From Desulfomonilia bacterium (lineage in GTDB: Bacteria; Desulfobacterota; Desulfomonilia; UBA1062): a stretch of DNA of 64,000 nucleotides. Position 1 is the stretch's first letter; every line of letters begins with the position of its first letter. Below are positions 21,033-31,778 of the stretch, piece by piece. The DNA is taken from the NCBI GenBank assembly GCA_050014195.1, contig JBEKDT010000013.1, forward strand, positions 1-64,000, written 5' to 3'. The position numbers were made by a program, and so were the translations under genes. The notes beneath the pieces were generated by a model. That model did not search any database and was not told the origin of the DNA. It saw only the letters and a list, made by a program, of their open reading frames with translations.

Positions 21033-22419
21033 TACGGATCTCACCTCCCACAATGATTTCAGGAATGAGTAGGGTAGGTTGGGCATCGGCTATTGGAACA
21101 CCCTGGCCGTCTTTTCCACATGTACCGATTCCATAACCAAGGTCACTACCCACCAACTCTATTGAATTCAGGATTTTAGGACCGTTCCCTATGAGAGTTG
21201 CCCCCCTGATGGATTCACCCACGGTCCCGTTTTCAATTAGGTATCCTTCGGAAACGTTAAAGACAAAGTCACCAGTCACGGTGTTCACCTGGCCGCCGCC
21301 CATCTTCTTCACGAAGATCCCTGTATGGACTTTTTTGATGATATCCTCCGGGTCCAGGGTTCCCGGCTGGATCATGGTATTGGACATGCGTGGTATGGGC
21401 CTGTGACGATAGGATTCCCTCCTGGCATTCCCGGTGAGCGGCAACCCGAGCTTGGAAGCGGTGATAAGGTCGGTCATAAACCCTTTGAGGATGCCACGCT
21501 CCACCAAGACCGTCCGTTCGGTCGGGCTGCCTTCGTCATCGCAGCCCATGCTGCCGCGTAGGCCCTTTATGGTGCCATCGTCGATCACGGTAACAGCCGG
21601 TGATGCTACCTGTTGGCCGATCTTGCCGGAGTAGACCGAAAGACCTTCTCCGGCAAGGTCTGCTTCAAGGCCGTGTCCGATAGCCTCGTGCACCATTGTG
21701 CCGCCTGCATCGCTCGAGAGAACGACCGGCATGGTACCGGCAGGAGCCCGTCTTGCCGTTATAGTTTTCAATGCCCTGCTGATGGCCCTTTGGGCAATTT
21801 CTTCAGGAGGGATCTCTTTAAGCAGTTCAAACCCTCGCGCACCCCCGACGGGTTCATAACCGGTCTCCATGAGTGAATCCCTGGCAACGATCCCCTGGAC
21901 GACAAAGATCATGGATTCGCGGGAGTCTTCAGCCATGAACCCCAAAGAGTTTGCAATGAAGACGCTCCTTGAACCGTCTCCATACATAACCTTGACCTGC
22001 ATTACCGAGTTGTCCATTCCCCATGCAATTGCTTCGGCCTTCCGGACGAGAGCGATCTTTTCTTGGGCATCAACCGTCACCGGGTCGATTTTCATGAGGA
22101 CTACCGAGGCAGATGGTCTCTTCATCAGCGATATGGAACCTGAGAAGCCCCCGGCCTTCACTGCCGAGGCTACGGTATCGGCCAGCTCATCCAGCGAAGA
22201 TGCATCATTTGTATAGGCATAGGCGGACCGCCCCCCCATAACAACCCTCAAGCCAATCCCTGACTCATCGGTAATCAGGAATTTCTCTATCTTATGCGCC
22301 TCACAGATGATGGATGTACCCTTTCTCTGCTCGATGTAGAGCTCGGCAAAGTCACCACCATTGGCCAGAGACCTTTTCAACAGCCGTTCACAGTCGATAT
22401 CTCTTATCTTTATCTCCAC
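21025..22419 (-). CDS. tldD: TldD metalloprotease
   Basis: HEAIGHGLEAD, DDEG, TGNARRES, PIPRMSNT, CGKDGQ. Confidence 0.93.
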   Translation of the reverse strand: MEIKIRDIDCERLLKRSLANGGDFAELYIEQRKGTSIICEAHKIEKFLITDESGIGLRVVMGGRSAYAYTNDASSLDELADTVASAVKAGGFSGSISLMKRPSASVVLMKIDPVTVDAQEKIALVRKAEAIAWGMDNSVMQVKVMYGDGSRSVFIANSLGFMAEDSRESMIFVVQGIVARDSLMETGYEPVGGARGFELLKEIPPEEIAQRAISRALKTITARRAPAGTMPVVLSSDAGGTMVHEAIGHGLEADLAGEGLSVYSGKIGQQVASPAVTVIDDGTIKGLRGSMGCDDEGSPTERTVLVERGILKGFMTDLITASKLGLPLTGNARRESYRHRPIPRMSNTMIQPGTLDPEDIIKKVHTGIFVKKMGGGQVNTVTGDFVFNVSEGYLIENGTVGESIRGATLIGNGPKILNSIELVGSDLGYGIGTCGKDGQGVPIADAQPTLLIPEIIVGGEIRNG

Positions 22420-22874
22420 GATTTCACCTCTCTTGCCGCCTCCCTCTGGATATCCCTTTCCTTGATGGCCTCTTTTTTACTATGGGCGCGCCGGCCTTTT
22501 GCAAGTCCCAGCTCCACCTTGATGCGATTGCCCTTGAGGTAAAGGCTTAAAGGGATCAAGGTGAGTCCCTTTTCTTTTACCTTCGCGGAAAGCCTGATGA
22601 TCTCTCGTCTGTGCAGGAGAAGTTTTCTCGGCCTGGTGGGATCATAATTGAAAATGGATGCTTGTGCATATGGGCTGATATGGAAATTATTCAGAAATAC
22701 TTCCGCGCCTCTTACCTGGGCATAGCTGTCTTTGATGTTTCCCCCGCCGTTTCTGAGTGACTTGACCTCAGGCCCACCGAGCACAATACCTGTTTCGATG
22801 GTCTCGATGATTTCATAAGAATACCTGGCGGTCTTATTGAGGCACAGGTTCTTTTTGGCTTCAGGGTCCTTCAT
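22410..22874 (-). CDS. smpB: SsrA-binding protein
   Basis: NKTARYSY, GIVLGGPEVKSLR, RKLLLHRREI, GLTLIPL, basic tail. Confidence 0.97.
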   Translation of the reverse strand: MKDPEAKKNLCLNKTARYSYEIIETIETGIVLGGPEVKSLRNGGGNIKDSYAQVRGAEVFLNNFHISPYAQASIFNYDPTRPRKLLLHRREIIRLSAKVKEKGLTLIPLSLYLKGNRIKVELGLAKGRRAHSKKEAIKERDIQREAAREVKSWR

Positions 22875-22910
22875 CGATAATGCCTCTTTTCAAGGGTGAT
22901 CAGAGGGGTA

Positions 22911-24683
22911 TCAGGCGAGCTCAAAGATGTCGTGAGCATTTTCCATTATTTCTTTGCTCATGAATTCATAAATTTCGGCAGCGGTTTTCATCTCAAAGAT
23001 GTGGCTCACGATGCCCTTACACTTCTCAATACTGATCTTCCGGGCCATCTCTTTTACGTGGGAAATGGCAAAGGCATTTGTTGAGAGCGAATCAATACCC
23101 ATACCTAAAAGGATAGGGGTATAGATCTCTCGCCCGGCCATCTCACCGCACATGGACACCGGGATGCCTGCGTTATGCGCGGCATCGATGGTGAATTGGA
23201 TAAGACGCAGCACACCAGGATGCAGAGGTTCATAGAGGTAGTTCACATATTCATTTCCGCGGTCGATGGCGATAGAGTACTGTATGAGGTCGTTTGTGCC
23301 GAGGCTGAAAAAATCCACCTCTTTTGCAAAGATATCCGCGATGATCGCTGCAGATGGGACTTCGATCATGATCCCTACCCGGATATTCTCGTCAAAGGGG
23401 ATGCCGTCTTTTTTCAGGCTCAGTTTGGTATCTTCGAGGATCTCCTTGGCCTTTGCAAGTTCTTCCATGCCGGAGATCATGGGGAACATGATGGAGGTGT
23501 TGCCATAGTGACTCGCCCTGAGAATGCCTCTCAGCTGTGTCTTGAAGATATCCACCTCCTTGAGGCACAGCCTAATGGCACGCAACCCCATGACAGGGTT
23601 TCTCTCGCTGATGATCCTGCTCAAGCTGGAGTAGAATTTATCTCCTCCAAGATCCAGGGTGCGGATGATGGTATTGAAGGGAGAGACTGTCTCCACAACT
23701 GTCTTGTATGCCTCGAAATGGTCTTCCTCGGTTGGGATTTCCTTGCGGATGAGGTACAGGAATTCCGTCCGGTACAGGCCGATTCCTTCTGCCCCGTGAT
23801 CAAGGACGGTCTTTACCTCTTCCTTGAACTCAAGGTTACCCTTGACCTTTATATATTTGCCGTCCTTGGTAATAGCAGGTTCCTTGGCCTTTTCCTTCAA
23901 CTTCAGTTCAAGGCTCAGGTAGGACCTTGCCCTGTTCTGATATTCATGGACCTGGGACTCAGAAGGGTTGACGATGACGACCCCGGAGATACCGTCAAGG
24001 ATCAGGTTGTCTCCCGGATTGATAACGGATGATGCGTTCTCAAGGCCCACGACTGCCGGTATCTCGAGTGAGTGGGCGATGATGGCCGTGTGTGAGGTAA
24101 GGCCACCAACATCGGTCGCAAAACCCAGCACTTTGTTCTTGTTGAGCATGGCGGTATCTGCAGGAGACAAATCGTGTGCTACGACGATGCTGTTATCGAG
24201 GAGATGAAACCCGCTGGTCATTTTTCCGATAAGGTTTCGCAGCAGACGTTCGCCGACAAATGTAGTATCGGTTACCCTGCTTTTGATATAGTCGTCATCA
24301 ATAGCCTCAAACGCTTGCTCTATTTCTTGGATGGCAATTTTCAAGGCCCACTCTGCATTAATATAATCTTCGGAGATGAGTTGTTTCACCCGGTCAATGA
24401 GGGCCGGGTCCTTCAGCATGAGGAGGTGGGTCTCAAGGATGAGAGAATGTTCCTTTATAACATTATGCGACTCCAGAATACGAATAGCCTCGCCGATTTG
24501 CTTCTGGGAAAGGACCGTGGCATCATCAAAACGCTTTAGTTCATCTTCCACCCGGTCTTCGGAAACACGAAGCTTTGGATACCGCTCGATTTTTTTCGTA
24601 TCTATGACAACCGCTTGACCGATGGCAATACCTGCTGATGCAGGAACGCCGTGGAGGATATGGACCTGTTGTTGTGACATCAT
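22911..24683 (-). CDS. ptsI: PEP-protein phosphotransferase (PTS enzyme I)
   Basis: GGLTSHTAII, GIGLYRTEF, RTLDLGGDK, MIEVPSAA, SLGTNDLIQY, CGEMAG. Confidence 0.96.
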   Translation of the reverse strand: MMSQQQVHILHGVPASAGIAIGQAVVIDTKKIERYPKLRVSEDRVEDELKRFDDATVLSQKQIGEAIRILESHNVIKEHSLILETHLLMLKDPALIDRVKQLISEDYINAEWALKIAIQEIEQAFEAIDDDYIKSRVTDTTFVGERLLRNLIGKMTSGFHLLDNSIVVAHDLSPADTAMLNKNKVLGFATDVGGLTSHTAIIAHSLEIPAVVGLENASSVINPGDNLILDGISGVVIVNPSESQVHEYQNRARSYLSLELKLKEKAKEPAITKDGKYIKVKGNLEFKEEVKTVLDHGAEGIGLYRTEFLYLIRKEIPTEEDHFEAYKTVVETVSPFNTIIRTLDLGGDKFYSSLSRIISERNPVMGLRAIRLCLKEVDIFKTQLRGILRASHYGNTSIMFPMISGMEELAKAKEILEDTKLSLKKDGIPFDENIRVGIMIEVPSAAIIADIFAKEVDFFSLGTNDLIQYSIAIDRGNEYVNYLYEPLHPGVLRLIQFTIDAAHNAGIPVSMCGEMAGREIYTPILLGMGIDSLSTNAFAISHVKEMARKISIEKCKGIVSHIFEMKTAAEIYEFMSKEIMENAHDIFELA

Positions 24684-24946
24684 CGTTCTCCGAATCCGTC
24701 TTTTACCAAAGATATAAGTGATTTAATGGCATCCTCTTCGTCATTGCCATCTGTGCGGATGATGATCTTGGATCCTTTCACTGCAGCAATAGTGAGCAGT
24801 TCCATAATGCTTTTCCCATTCACCTTCATATGATCTTTTATCACCTCTACTTTTGAGGAAAATCCCGAGGCCTGCTTGGAGAATAATGCAGCTGATCGGG
24901 CGTGCATACCAAGTTTATTCACTATGGTGACATGCTCTTCTTTCAT
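24680..24946 (-). CDS. ptsH: Phosphocarrier protein HPr
   Basis: GMHARSAA (His15) and NGKSIM (Ser46) motifs; start placed at MKEEHV. Confidence 0.95.
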   Translation of the reverse strand: MKEEHVTIVNKLGMHARSAALFSKQASGFSSKVEVIKDHMKVNGKSIMELLTIAAVKGSKIIIRTDGNDEEDAIKSLISLVKDGFGER

Positions 24947-25692
24947 CGTAACATAGTCCATAACATGGATAGTGTAAATACTCCATATACTAACCAGAAT
25001 ATGTTCACGCGCAGTTTTATGAGGAATATGCTTATGACAAAGATGAAGAGTCCGGCTATGTGAGCATGGCCATCTCCGATCCATTTTGGTGCAAGGCAGA
25101 GAACAACTCCGGAGAGAAATGGGATTAAGAGGGAAATATGCATGGAAAAGTCAATGGAGAGTATGTGTCCCAGCGCGAGGGCGCCTTGTGACCCATATCG
25201 GTATCCCTGATAAAAGCCCCTTGCCATAATCCATATGTGCACGGAATCATAAAGAACAAGGGCAATGAAAAGCCCCCAAAGCTGATCCGTTATGGCTGAA
25301 ATCAGGAGTGCCAGGGCCAGGATGGGTTTCAGTGTGGCCCAGAAAAAGGTATCACCAATAGCCGCAAGGGACCCGGTCAGTGAGGGGCTGATCTTTTCAA
25401 CCAGCTCTTCATTCCCTTGTTTGTGAAGGTGGAGAAAGACCCCGATTGCAGTTGGGGCCATGTATGGCTGGGTGTTGAAGAATGAAATGTAGTGCTTAAT
25501 AGCCTCAGGCAGTCTCTCGGGTATTAGGTATTTGAGACCGGGGAGAATTGCATGGGTGAACCCGATGTTCTGCATTCCTTTGAAATTCCAAGCAGCCTGA
25601 ATAAATAAGGATCTCCATAGAATGGCTAGGGCTACCCGTATCGGAATTTTCACAATAAGAGCATCAGTAGCATAGTCGACCTGGTGCGTCAA
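24943..25692 (-). CDS. PTS mannose/fructose/sorbose family IID component
   Basis: QAAWNFKGMQNIGF, FFNTQP, GSLAAIGDTFFW. Confidence 0.88.
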   Translation of the reverse strand: MTHQVDYATDALIVKIPIRVALAILWRSLFIQAAWNFKGMQNIGFTHAILPGLKYLIPERLPEAIKHYISFFNTQPYMAPTAIGVFLHLHKQGNEELVEKISPSLTGSLAAIGDTFFWATLKPILALALLISAITDQLWGLFIALVLYDSVHIWIMARGFYQGYRYGSQGALALGHILSIDFSMHISLLIPFLSGVVLCLAPKWIGDGHAHIAGLFIFVISIFLIKLRVNIFWLVYGVFTLSMLWTMLR

Positions 25693-25775
25693 TAATTACA
25701 GTGAAGACGGGATCTTAGCGAAAAGATCTGTGAAGCTTTTGTGGTCTGTGAAGATAAGAGATATGGTGGCAGGCA

Positions 25776-26429
25776 TTATCGTGATGATCCGACACCGATC
25801 CGACTGCAATAGGTGATGAGCTTACATCGTGAGCAATGTGGGCTCACAGGGGCACATATATACTGGCCATAGGGTACCAGGTAGTTGTTGATGTCCTTCC
25901 AGTATTTTTTTGGAAGGATCTCCCGGAGCTTCATCTCGGTATCATCCGGTGTTTTGGTTGAAACATATCCCCAGCGGTTCGTTATCCTATGGACATGCGT
26001 ATCTACACAGATGCCAAGTTCATCAAAGCCGAGGATCATGACAAGGTTTGCCGTCTTTCTTCCGACCCCGGGGAGTGATAAGAGATCATTGAAATCTCGG
26101 GGAACCATGCCATGATGTTTCTTAATAATGATCTTAGATGTTTCCTTGATGTTCTTGGCCTTTGTTTTATAAAAGCCGACTGGAAAGATGGCCTTTTCAA
26201 TGGCTTCCAGCGGCAGATGAGATATTTCTTCAGGGGATGAAGCAATGGCGGTCAACCTCCTAAATGCATGTTCGGTTGTGGCATCCTTAGTCCTCAAAGA
26301 GAGCATAGTGGAGATGAGTACCTTGAATGGGTTCTTATCCCGCGCAACCCTGCCGACTACGGGTTCCTGTAATTTGTCTATCTCAAGCGAGAGGACTTTG
26401 AAGACTTCGTCGATTACATCATTTGTCAT
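25776..26429 (-). CDS. nth: Endonuclease III
   Basis: LPGVGRKTANLV HhH, VDTHVHR, C-x6-C-x2-C-x5-C 4Fe-4S motif. Confidence 0.95.
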   Translation of the reverse strand: MTNDVIDEVFKVLSLEIDKLQEPVVGRVARDKNPFKVLISTMLSLRTKDATTEHAFRRLTAIASSPEEISHLPLEAIEKAIFPVGFYKTKAKNIKETSKIIIKKHHGMVPRDFNDLLSLPGVGRKTANLVMILGFDELGICVDTHVHRITNRWGYVSTKTPDDTEMKLREILPKKYWKDINNYLVPYGQYICAPVSPHCSRCKLITYCSRIGVGSSR

Positions 26430-26841
26430 GGCTGAAAGTCGTTATTAGCCTTTCACAGCAAAATCAAATGGTATCCAATAAAAAATCCAAGGCAGAAACG
26501 AAGCATAAAAATCTGTCTCTTTACTCTGAGAGGAGGAGTCCACACCTCTAGTGAAGGTATGAGTATATCAAGTTGGGGGTGTTTTGTCGAGGCCGGTAAA
26601 TAGTTTGCTTTTCAAGAGTACACCTGGAAGGTCTGGTCACTATTGAAAGTCTAAAGGAATGAACTTTGCGTGACAATGGAAACCATTGATGGTAATGAGA
26701 TTTCATTATTGACTAACTGACTGTGAATATGCGATAAAATAATATTGTGGGGTTGGTTAACAGAGAAGGGGAGATTTAAATCATGATAGTTCGTGGCCAA
26801 TTCGGGTATCACCTATTGATTTAAGTAGGGAGAATGGACAC

Positions 26842-29277
26842 ATGAGAAGGATTAAATATGTATTAACTCTGGTTCTTGTGATTTTCATTTCCTTTTTTAT
26901 GATCTCCTGTTCGGGTGGTGGCGGATCGGGTCATAAGGTTGGCAGTGAATCCATAGACAATCCAGGGGCATCTGTGGATGCGTTGGGATTTCAGGATTCT
27001 AACCCGATTGAGCTTCAAATTCAGACGACATCGGGTGAGTCTGTACCAGCGTACAATGGACAATATATTGAACCAGGCAATAAGCGGTTTACTGTCACTA
27101 TACAGGGAGATACATCCAATATTGACAAAGTTTTTCTCAGTGATGGCAGTACGTATCAAGTTGAAGCAATAAAACAAGGTGATACTTATCAAGCTGATTT
27201 CACTATTAATAACAAAAGATTATATTCAAGTGTACTTGTGCAGGCAATTAATAAAAATCAACTGGCATCTAAAGAAAAAATCGCATTCAAGACCATCGAT
27301 GATGTTTTTGGTGATAAACTCATCCTTAATGGAGTCGGCGTACTCATTTCCAAGGATTTACTTGATGGGAGTCGTGATCTCTTGGCATCATTGCTCGATA
27401 AATTAGTGGGAGAAGCCTTTAAGAATATATTAACTCAGAATTCAAGCACTATATCGAGCCTAAGCTATGGAGATAATGATGCCAATTCCCTTGGTATTGA
27501 AGTTAACACCTTTGAACCTGTACACAATGATGCCTACCCAACTGCCATAATGCATCTCACGTTCACGATACCTAAGGTGAATCTGACAGCAGTAAATCTC
27601 TATGGTCAGAATCTCATAACTACGAGTAATAATGATCTCATGGTAGATATGTATATCGCCCTTAAAGATCAAGAGAGTGATGGCAAGCGTGGTTTGGTTT
27701 TCGACTTTTTAGGAACCCCGCAAGTTTCTTTCCAGAATGATTTCTTCATGAGATCTGTCATAGAGGAAAAAATTGCTTCCGGCCTTCAGGTTATCGATCG
27801 TTCTCCCCTCGTGGCCGATATCCAGTCCATTTTTAGTTATTTTGTTAATCAGTTGCCGTTAAGCATTACGGTTAATAATTCCAATGTTGATATTGCTTCC
27901 TTGTTTGACGACCAAAACATGGATCTCTCGAAATATCTTTTTATAGATCTCTATGGGATCCCAGAGGATACATCTTCAAATGTCCTTGCCCTAGGTGCAG
28001 GTTTATATATTGAAGAAAAAAACTCGGTACAGACAAGTACCCTTCAAAATCAATCCGGGGGAAGCTCTAATCTCAATGGAATAATTATTAATCTCTGCCA
28101 GCTCATGGTAGATAAGGCCTTTGATAACATTAAGTCGCAATATTATGGGCTGATTACCAAGCTAACCTATGGCGACAATAATTCGCAGGTATCTGATATT
28201 GTTATAAATTCCCTTTCTATTCAGGATATCGGCAATCCAAATACAAAAAGTGTTCAGGCAAGTTTCACCATCAAAGATGTAGACCTCAATGCAATCTCCC
28301 TTTTCGGTTTTTCTCTCATAAACACTACGGATAATGATCTCACAATAAATGCAACATTCCTCATCACATTTTCGAGCAATTCGGGCGGAAACATGCTCAC
28401 TCTAAATGTTCAGGATGTTGCATCAGTCAGCTTCAAAGATTACTTTTTAGGGAAACTTGTAGTTGAGGCTCTAGCACAGGATAATATTCAGAATCTGGAA
28501 AATCTTTCCACAAGTATCGGTAGTATCCTGGCTTCAATATCACTTGCTATAGATACCTCTGACAATGGATCTCAAGGTCTCGATTTTCCTAATGTCCCAG
28601 GCATACTCTCATCATATGTCTGGGACTTGAGCCTGCCAACTGGAGATAGTCTGAGCCTGGTAATCTCACAAGACAATATAAACTGGATTTTATCTCAGCT
28701 TTTTACAAGTGGATTCCAGTGGAATATCTATCAAATATTAAGTCCTATTTTAGGCAAAGATTTTCCTGGGTTCATTAGTAATCAGAGCGATACGCAGGAA
28801 ACCATGATGAGTTTCAGCGTCCCGCCCGTGTTAGATCTTCGTTCTTCCCAGGTAAGAATAGAGGTTGATGGCATAAACTTAGAATATCTTCTTAATGGTC
28901 AACCCCAGTGGCAGGCATCGGTCGATCTTGATCTTATCTTTGATGTGAAAGTAGAAAACAATGAGCTTGCGTTCTATATCAGTTCAATACCTGAAAATTG
29001 TCATTTTCTTGTGATGAAGGATAATACTGGGAAACTGGGTGTATTTGATCACTCCAACCTTGTGAATGACATCATCGATCAATTGCCTGTGATGCTTGGA
29101 AATTCTCCCGGTGGCCCTGTTTTCACTGTCAGCCTTAATGCGTTTAACCCGCTTATCGTTTTCAATAGTTTGGGGAATCCCATTACGGTATCCGCTGGAG
29201 ATGGGTTTCTCTATATAGATATTAATGCACTGGATGTAGATCTCTCATGGCTAAAGGATTTTGTGGCTGACATTTAA
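26842..29277 (+). CDS. Large lipoprotein with a duplicated internal module (possible BPI/TULIP-like lipid-binding fold)
   Basis: Lipobox-like MISC followed by SGGGGS; repeated LSYGDND/LTYGDNN...VNLTAVNLYG/VDLNAISLFG...NNDL/DNDL module. Confidence 0.6.
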   Translation: MRRIKYVLTLVLVIFISFFMISCSGGGGSGHKVGSESIDNPGASVDALGFQDSNPIELQIQTTSGESVPAYNGQYIEPGNKRFTVTIQGDTSNIDKVFLSDGSTYQVEAIKQGDTYQADFTINNKRLYSSVLVQAINKNQLASKEKIAFKTIDDVFGDKLILNGVGVLISKDLLDGSRDLLASLLDKLVGEAFKNILTQNSSTISSLSYGDNDANSLGIEVNTFEPVHNDAYPTAIMHLTFTIPKVNLTAVNLYGQNLITTSNNDLMVDMYIALKDQESDGKRGLVFDFLGTPQVSFQNDFFMRSVIEEKIASGLQVIDRSPLVADIQSIFSYFVNQLPLSITVNNSNVDIASLFDDQNMDLSKYLFIDLYGIPEDTSSNVLALGAGLYIEEKNSVQTSTLQNQSGGSSNLNGIIINLCQLMVDKAFDNIKSQYYGLITKLTYGDNNSQVSDIVINSLSIQDIGNPNTKSVQASFTIKDVDLNAISLFGFSLINTTDNDLTINATFLITFSSNSGGNMLTLNVQDVASVSFKDYFLGKLVVEALAQDNIQNLENLSTSIGSILASISLAIDTSDNGSQGLDFPNVPGILSSYVWDLSLPTGDSLSLVISQDNINWILSQLFTSGFQWNIYQILSPILGKDFPGFISNQSDTQETMMSFSVPPVLDLRSSQVRIEVDGINLEYLLNGQPQWQASVDLDLIFDVKVENNELAFYISSIPENCHFLVMKDNTGKLGVFDHSNLVNDIIDQLPVMLGNSPGGPVFTVSLNAFNPLIVFNSLGNPITVSAGDGFLYIDINALDVDLSWLKDFVADI

Positions 29278-29405
29278 CAATTACCTTTGGGTAGGGTATA
29301 GGAAAGTTTGGAATGAATCATCATAATTTGTTGCAGTGAAATTTTTTAATTATGGAACTTGCTAAAGAAGGTACCACTAAAAAGAGCTAAAGGGAGGCCC
29401 ATTAA

Positions 29406-30194
29406 ATGAAATGCACGTGTTATGGTTATGCAATCATTGTTTTTTTTGCCTTGTCTTTGACTTATTCAATACCAGCTCAATCTGCTGATATGACGGCTTA
29501 TCAGATCGTTAAAAAATCCGAAGATCTCCTGGATCAAGCAAAGGACAGTAAAGCAGATATGCTCATGATTCTGGTGAATAATAAGGGACAGAAGAGGGAG
29601 AGGACCCTCAACGCGTTCGTGAAGCGTTATGGAAACAACAAATCGAAATCAATAGTTTTCTTCAGCTCTCCTACTGATGTCAAAGGAACGAGCTTTCTTG
29701 TATGGACCAATGAAAAGAAGGAAGACAAGCAGTGGCTTTATCTTCCGGCCCTCCAGCGAGTCAGGCAGATCAGTCCAAGCGGCAAAGGGGAGAGCTTTAT
29801 GGGCACAGAGCTCACCTTCTTTGATATGGGAAGCCAAGATATTGATGATTATACCTACAACCTTATCAAAGATGAAACCGTGAAGGGGGAGTTGTGTTAT
29901 GTGATTGAAGCCACACCCAAGAAAGTAGAATTCTATAGTAAAGTCATTCTGTGGATCAGGAAGGAAAATTTCATACCTTCCAAGGCTGATTTCTATGACA
30001 CTAAAGGACAATATCAGAAGCAAGGCATCTTTGAAAATGTAAAAAATATCAAGGGGATCAACACACCCACCCATATTGAGATGCACAATGTACAGAATGG
30101 AAGGGCCACAATGATTGAGTTAAGCAACATCTTGTATGACTCGGGCCTGAAAGAGGATATCTTCACCGAGAGATATATGACAAGGGGAAACTAA
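29406..30194 (+). CDS. Outer-membrane lipoprotein-sorting protein (LolA-like)
   Basis: FSSPTDVKGTSFL, QWLYLPALQRVRQI, SFMGTELTFFD, FTERYM; signal peptide. Confidence 0.88.
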   Translation: MKCTCYGYAIIVFFALSLTYSIPAQSADMTAYQIVKKSEDLLDQAKDSKADMLMILVNNKGQKRERTLNAFVKRYGNNKSKSIVFFSSPTDVKGTSFLVWTNEKKEDKQWLYLPALQRVRQISPSGKGESFMGTELTFFDMGSQDIDDYTYNLIKDETVKGELCYVIEATPKKVEFYSKVILWIRKENFIPSKADFYDTKGQYQKQGIFENVKNIKGINTPTHIEMHNVQNGRATMIELSNILYDSGLKEDIFTERYMTRGN

Positions 30195-30197
30195 TCT

Positions 30198-31709
30198 TTG
30201 AGATTTATTGGGGCAGTCCTGATAGCGCTTCTTTGGATAGGTCTGACATCCCTGAAAACAGAAGCTTTTCAATACGAAGGGGACAAAGGAAAGCTCAGCC
30301 TTACAGGATATCTTGAGGGAAAGGCTGTTTACGCCTTTGACGGGGATACACCCGAAGAGAATCCATCAGTGGAACTTGGGCTGGAGCTGAAAGCAAGCTC
30401 AGCTTCATGGTTATCAACGAAGATCTTTTTGCAAGCTGTTGATGATGGCAAGGTTATTAATCCCAAAAATAAGGCCCTGTTTAACCAATTTGATCGGATA
30501 TACCAGGACAAGAATCCATACGTGAATATCAATGAGGCATATCTTGATATCTACACCGGAAAGGTCGATTTTCGCCTGGGCGTGCAGAAGTTTGCATGGG
30601 GAAGACTCGACGAGATAAACCCTACGGATAATCTGAATACCATGGACCTCACTGAGGGGGGAACCAACGATGAGATCGAGCGCAAGATCGGGGTACCCTC
30701 ATTAAAGATTAATATGTATTCAGATTTAGCGAATGTGGAACTTGGATGGGTGCCGGTGTATGTACCGTATCGACTCCCCCAGCCGGATGAGAGGTGGTTT
30801 CCCAAGGTTTTGAAACCGCCTGAGATCATTAAAACAGACACATTGGTTGGGGATATTCCTGTGAACACCATATATCAGGATATCGATCTGCCTCCTGATA
30901 CAGTGGGGAATTCTGAAATGGGGGTCAGGGTTTCAAAGTATATCGGAGGGTGGGACATATCATGCAGCTATTTTACAGGATATGATACTTTGCCTTTGAT
31001 GGATGCCCCTGTTGACCTTACCGTGAAATTGCTTAACCCTCTAGCATTGGATTACCAGATCAATGCTCAGGTGACAATGGTGCCCGAGATACACAGGATG
31101 GATGTATTCGGCTTTGATTTCACAACCACCATGAGTTCATTCACCATTCGAGGCGAGTATGCATATTTCAAAAATAAGTATTACAATCAGAAGCTCGATC
31201 CCGTGCTCGAACAGCTGGTGACCAAGGCAAGGCAAGACGAAATCTATAAAGATTTCATAGTCAAGTATCTTGCTTCCGGGGGGAGAGACAATGTCCAAGT
31301 ATACCATATTGATCCACATATCCCTATCCAGGAAGATTCGATGAAATACGGTCTCGGTCTGGATTACATCCATGGGGACACAAGTGTGAGCATACAGTGC
31401 ATCCAGGAGTTCATCCCCAATTACGATGAGGACAAGCCGGTGTATTTTAATAAAAATGGCGTAGATACCATGCTGACATTCTTGTTCAAGCAGTTCTTTC
31501 TGCAAAACACCATGGAATTCAATATGAGGGCTGCCTATGACATTGAGTTCCAGGATGTTATCATCAAGCCGTCACTTAAGTATAACTTTACGGATAATCT
31601 TCAGGGAACCATAGGTGTCTTATTTATCAGCAGTAAGTATAATGACTCTCTCTTGGGGCAGTTCGATGACAATGACGAGATATTCGCCAAGCTGAGGTGT
31701 GCCTTTTAG
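30198..31709 (+). CDS. Outer-membrane beta-barrel protein (DUF1302-like)
   Basis: Signal peptide, EAYLD...FRLGVQKFAWGRLDEINPTD, C-terminal GQFDDNDEIFAKLRCAF. Confidence 0.7.
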   Translation: MRFIGAVLIALLWIGLTSLKTEAFQYEGDKGKLSLTGYLEGKAVYAFDGDTPEENPSVELGLELKASSASWLSTKIFLQAVDDGKVINPKNKALFNQFDRIYQDKNPYVNINEAYLDIYTGKVDFRLGVQKFAWGRLDEINPTDNLNTMDLTEGGTNDEIERKIGVPSLKINMYSDLANVELGWVPVYVPYRLPQPDERWFPKVLKPPEIIKTDTLVGDIPVNTIYQDIDLPPDTVGNSEMGVRVSKYIGGWDISCSYFTGYDTLPLMDAPVDLTVKLLNPLALDYQINAQVTMVPEIHRMDVFGFDFTTTMSSFTIRGEYAYFKNKYYNQKLDPVLEQLVTKARQDEIYKDFIVKYLASGGRDNVQVYHIDPHIPIQEDSMKYGLGLDYIHGDTSVSIQCIQEFIPNYDEDKPVYFNKNGVDTMLTFLFKQFFLQNTMEFNMRAAYDIEFQDVIIKPSLKYNFTDNLQGTIGVLFISSKYNDSLLGQFDDNDEIFAKLRCAF

Positions 31710-31778
31710 GAGATATAAACCGGGTCAGTCAGACTCTCTTCTGGTCATTGGGATTCATGATCCATATGACGAAGGGCA

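Noticed and set aside
9583-24032. Long antisense ORFs (9583-10281, 12895-13686, 23175-24032)
   Set aside because: Shadows of well-supported genes on the opposite strand, with no recognisable motifs.
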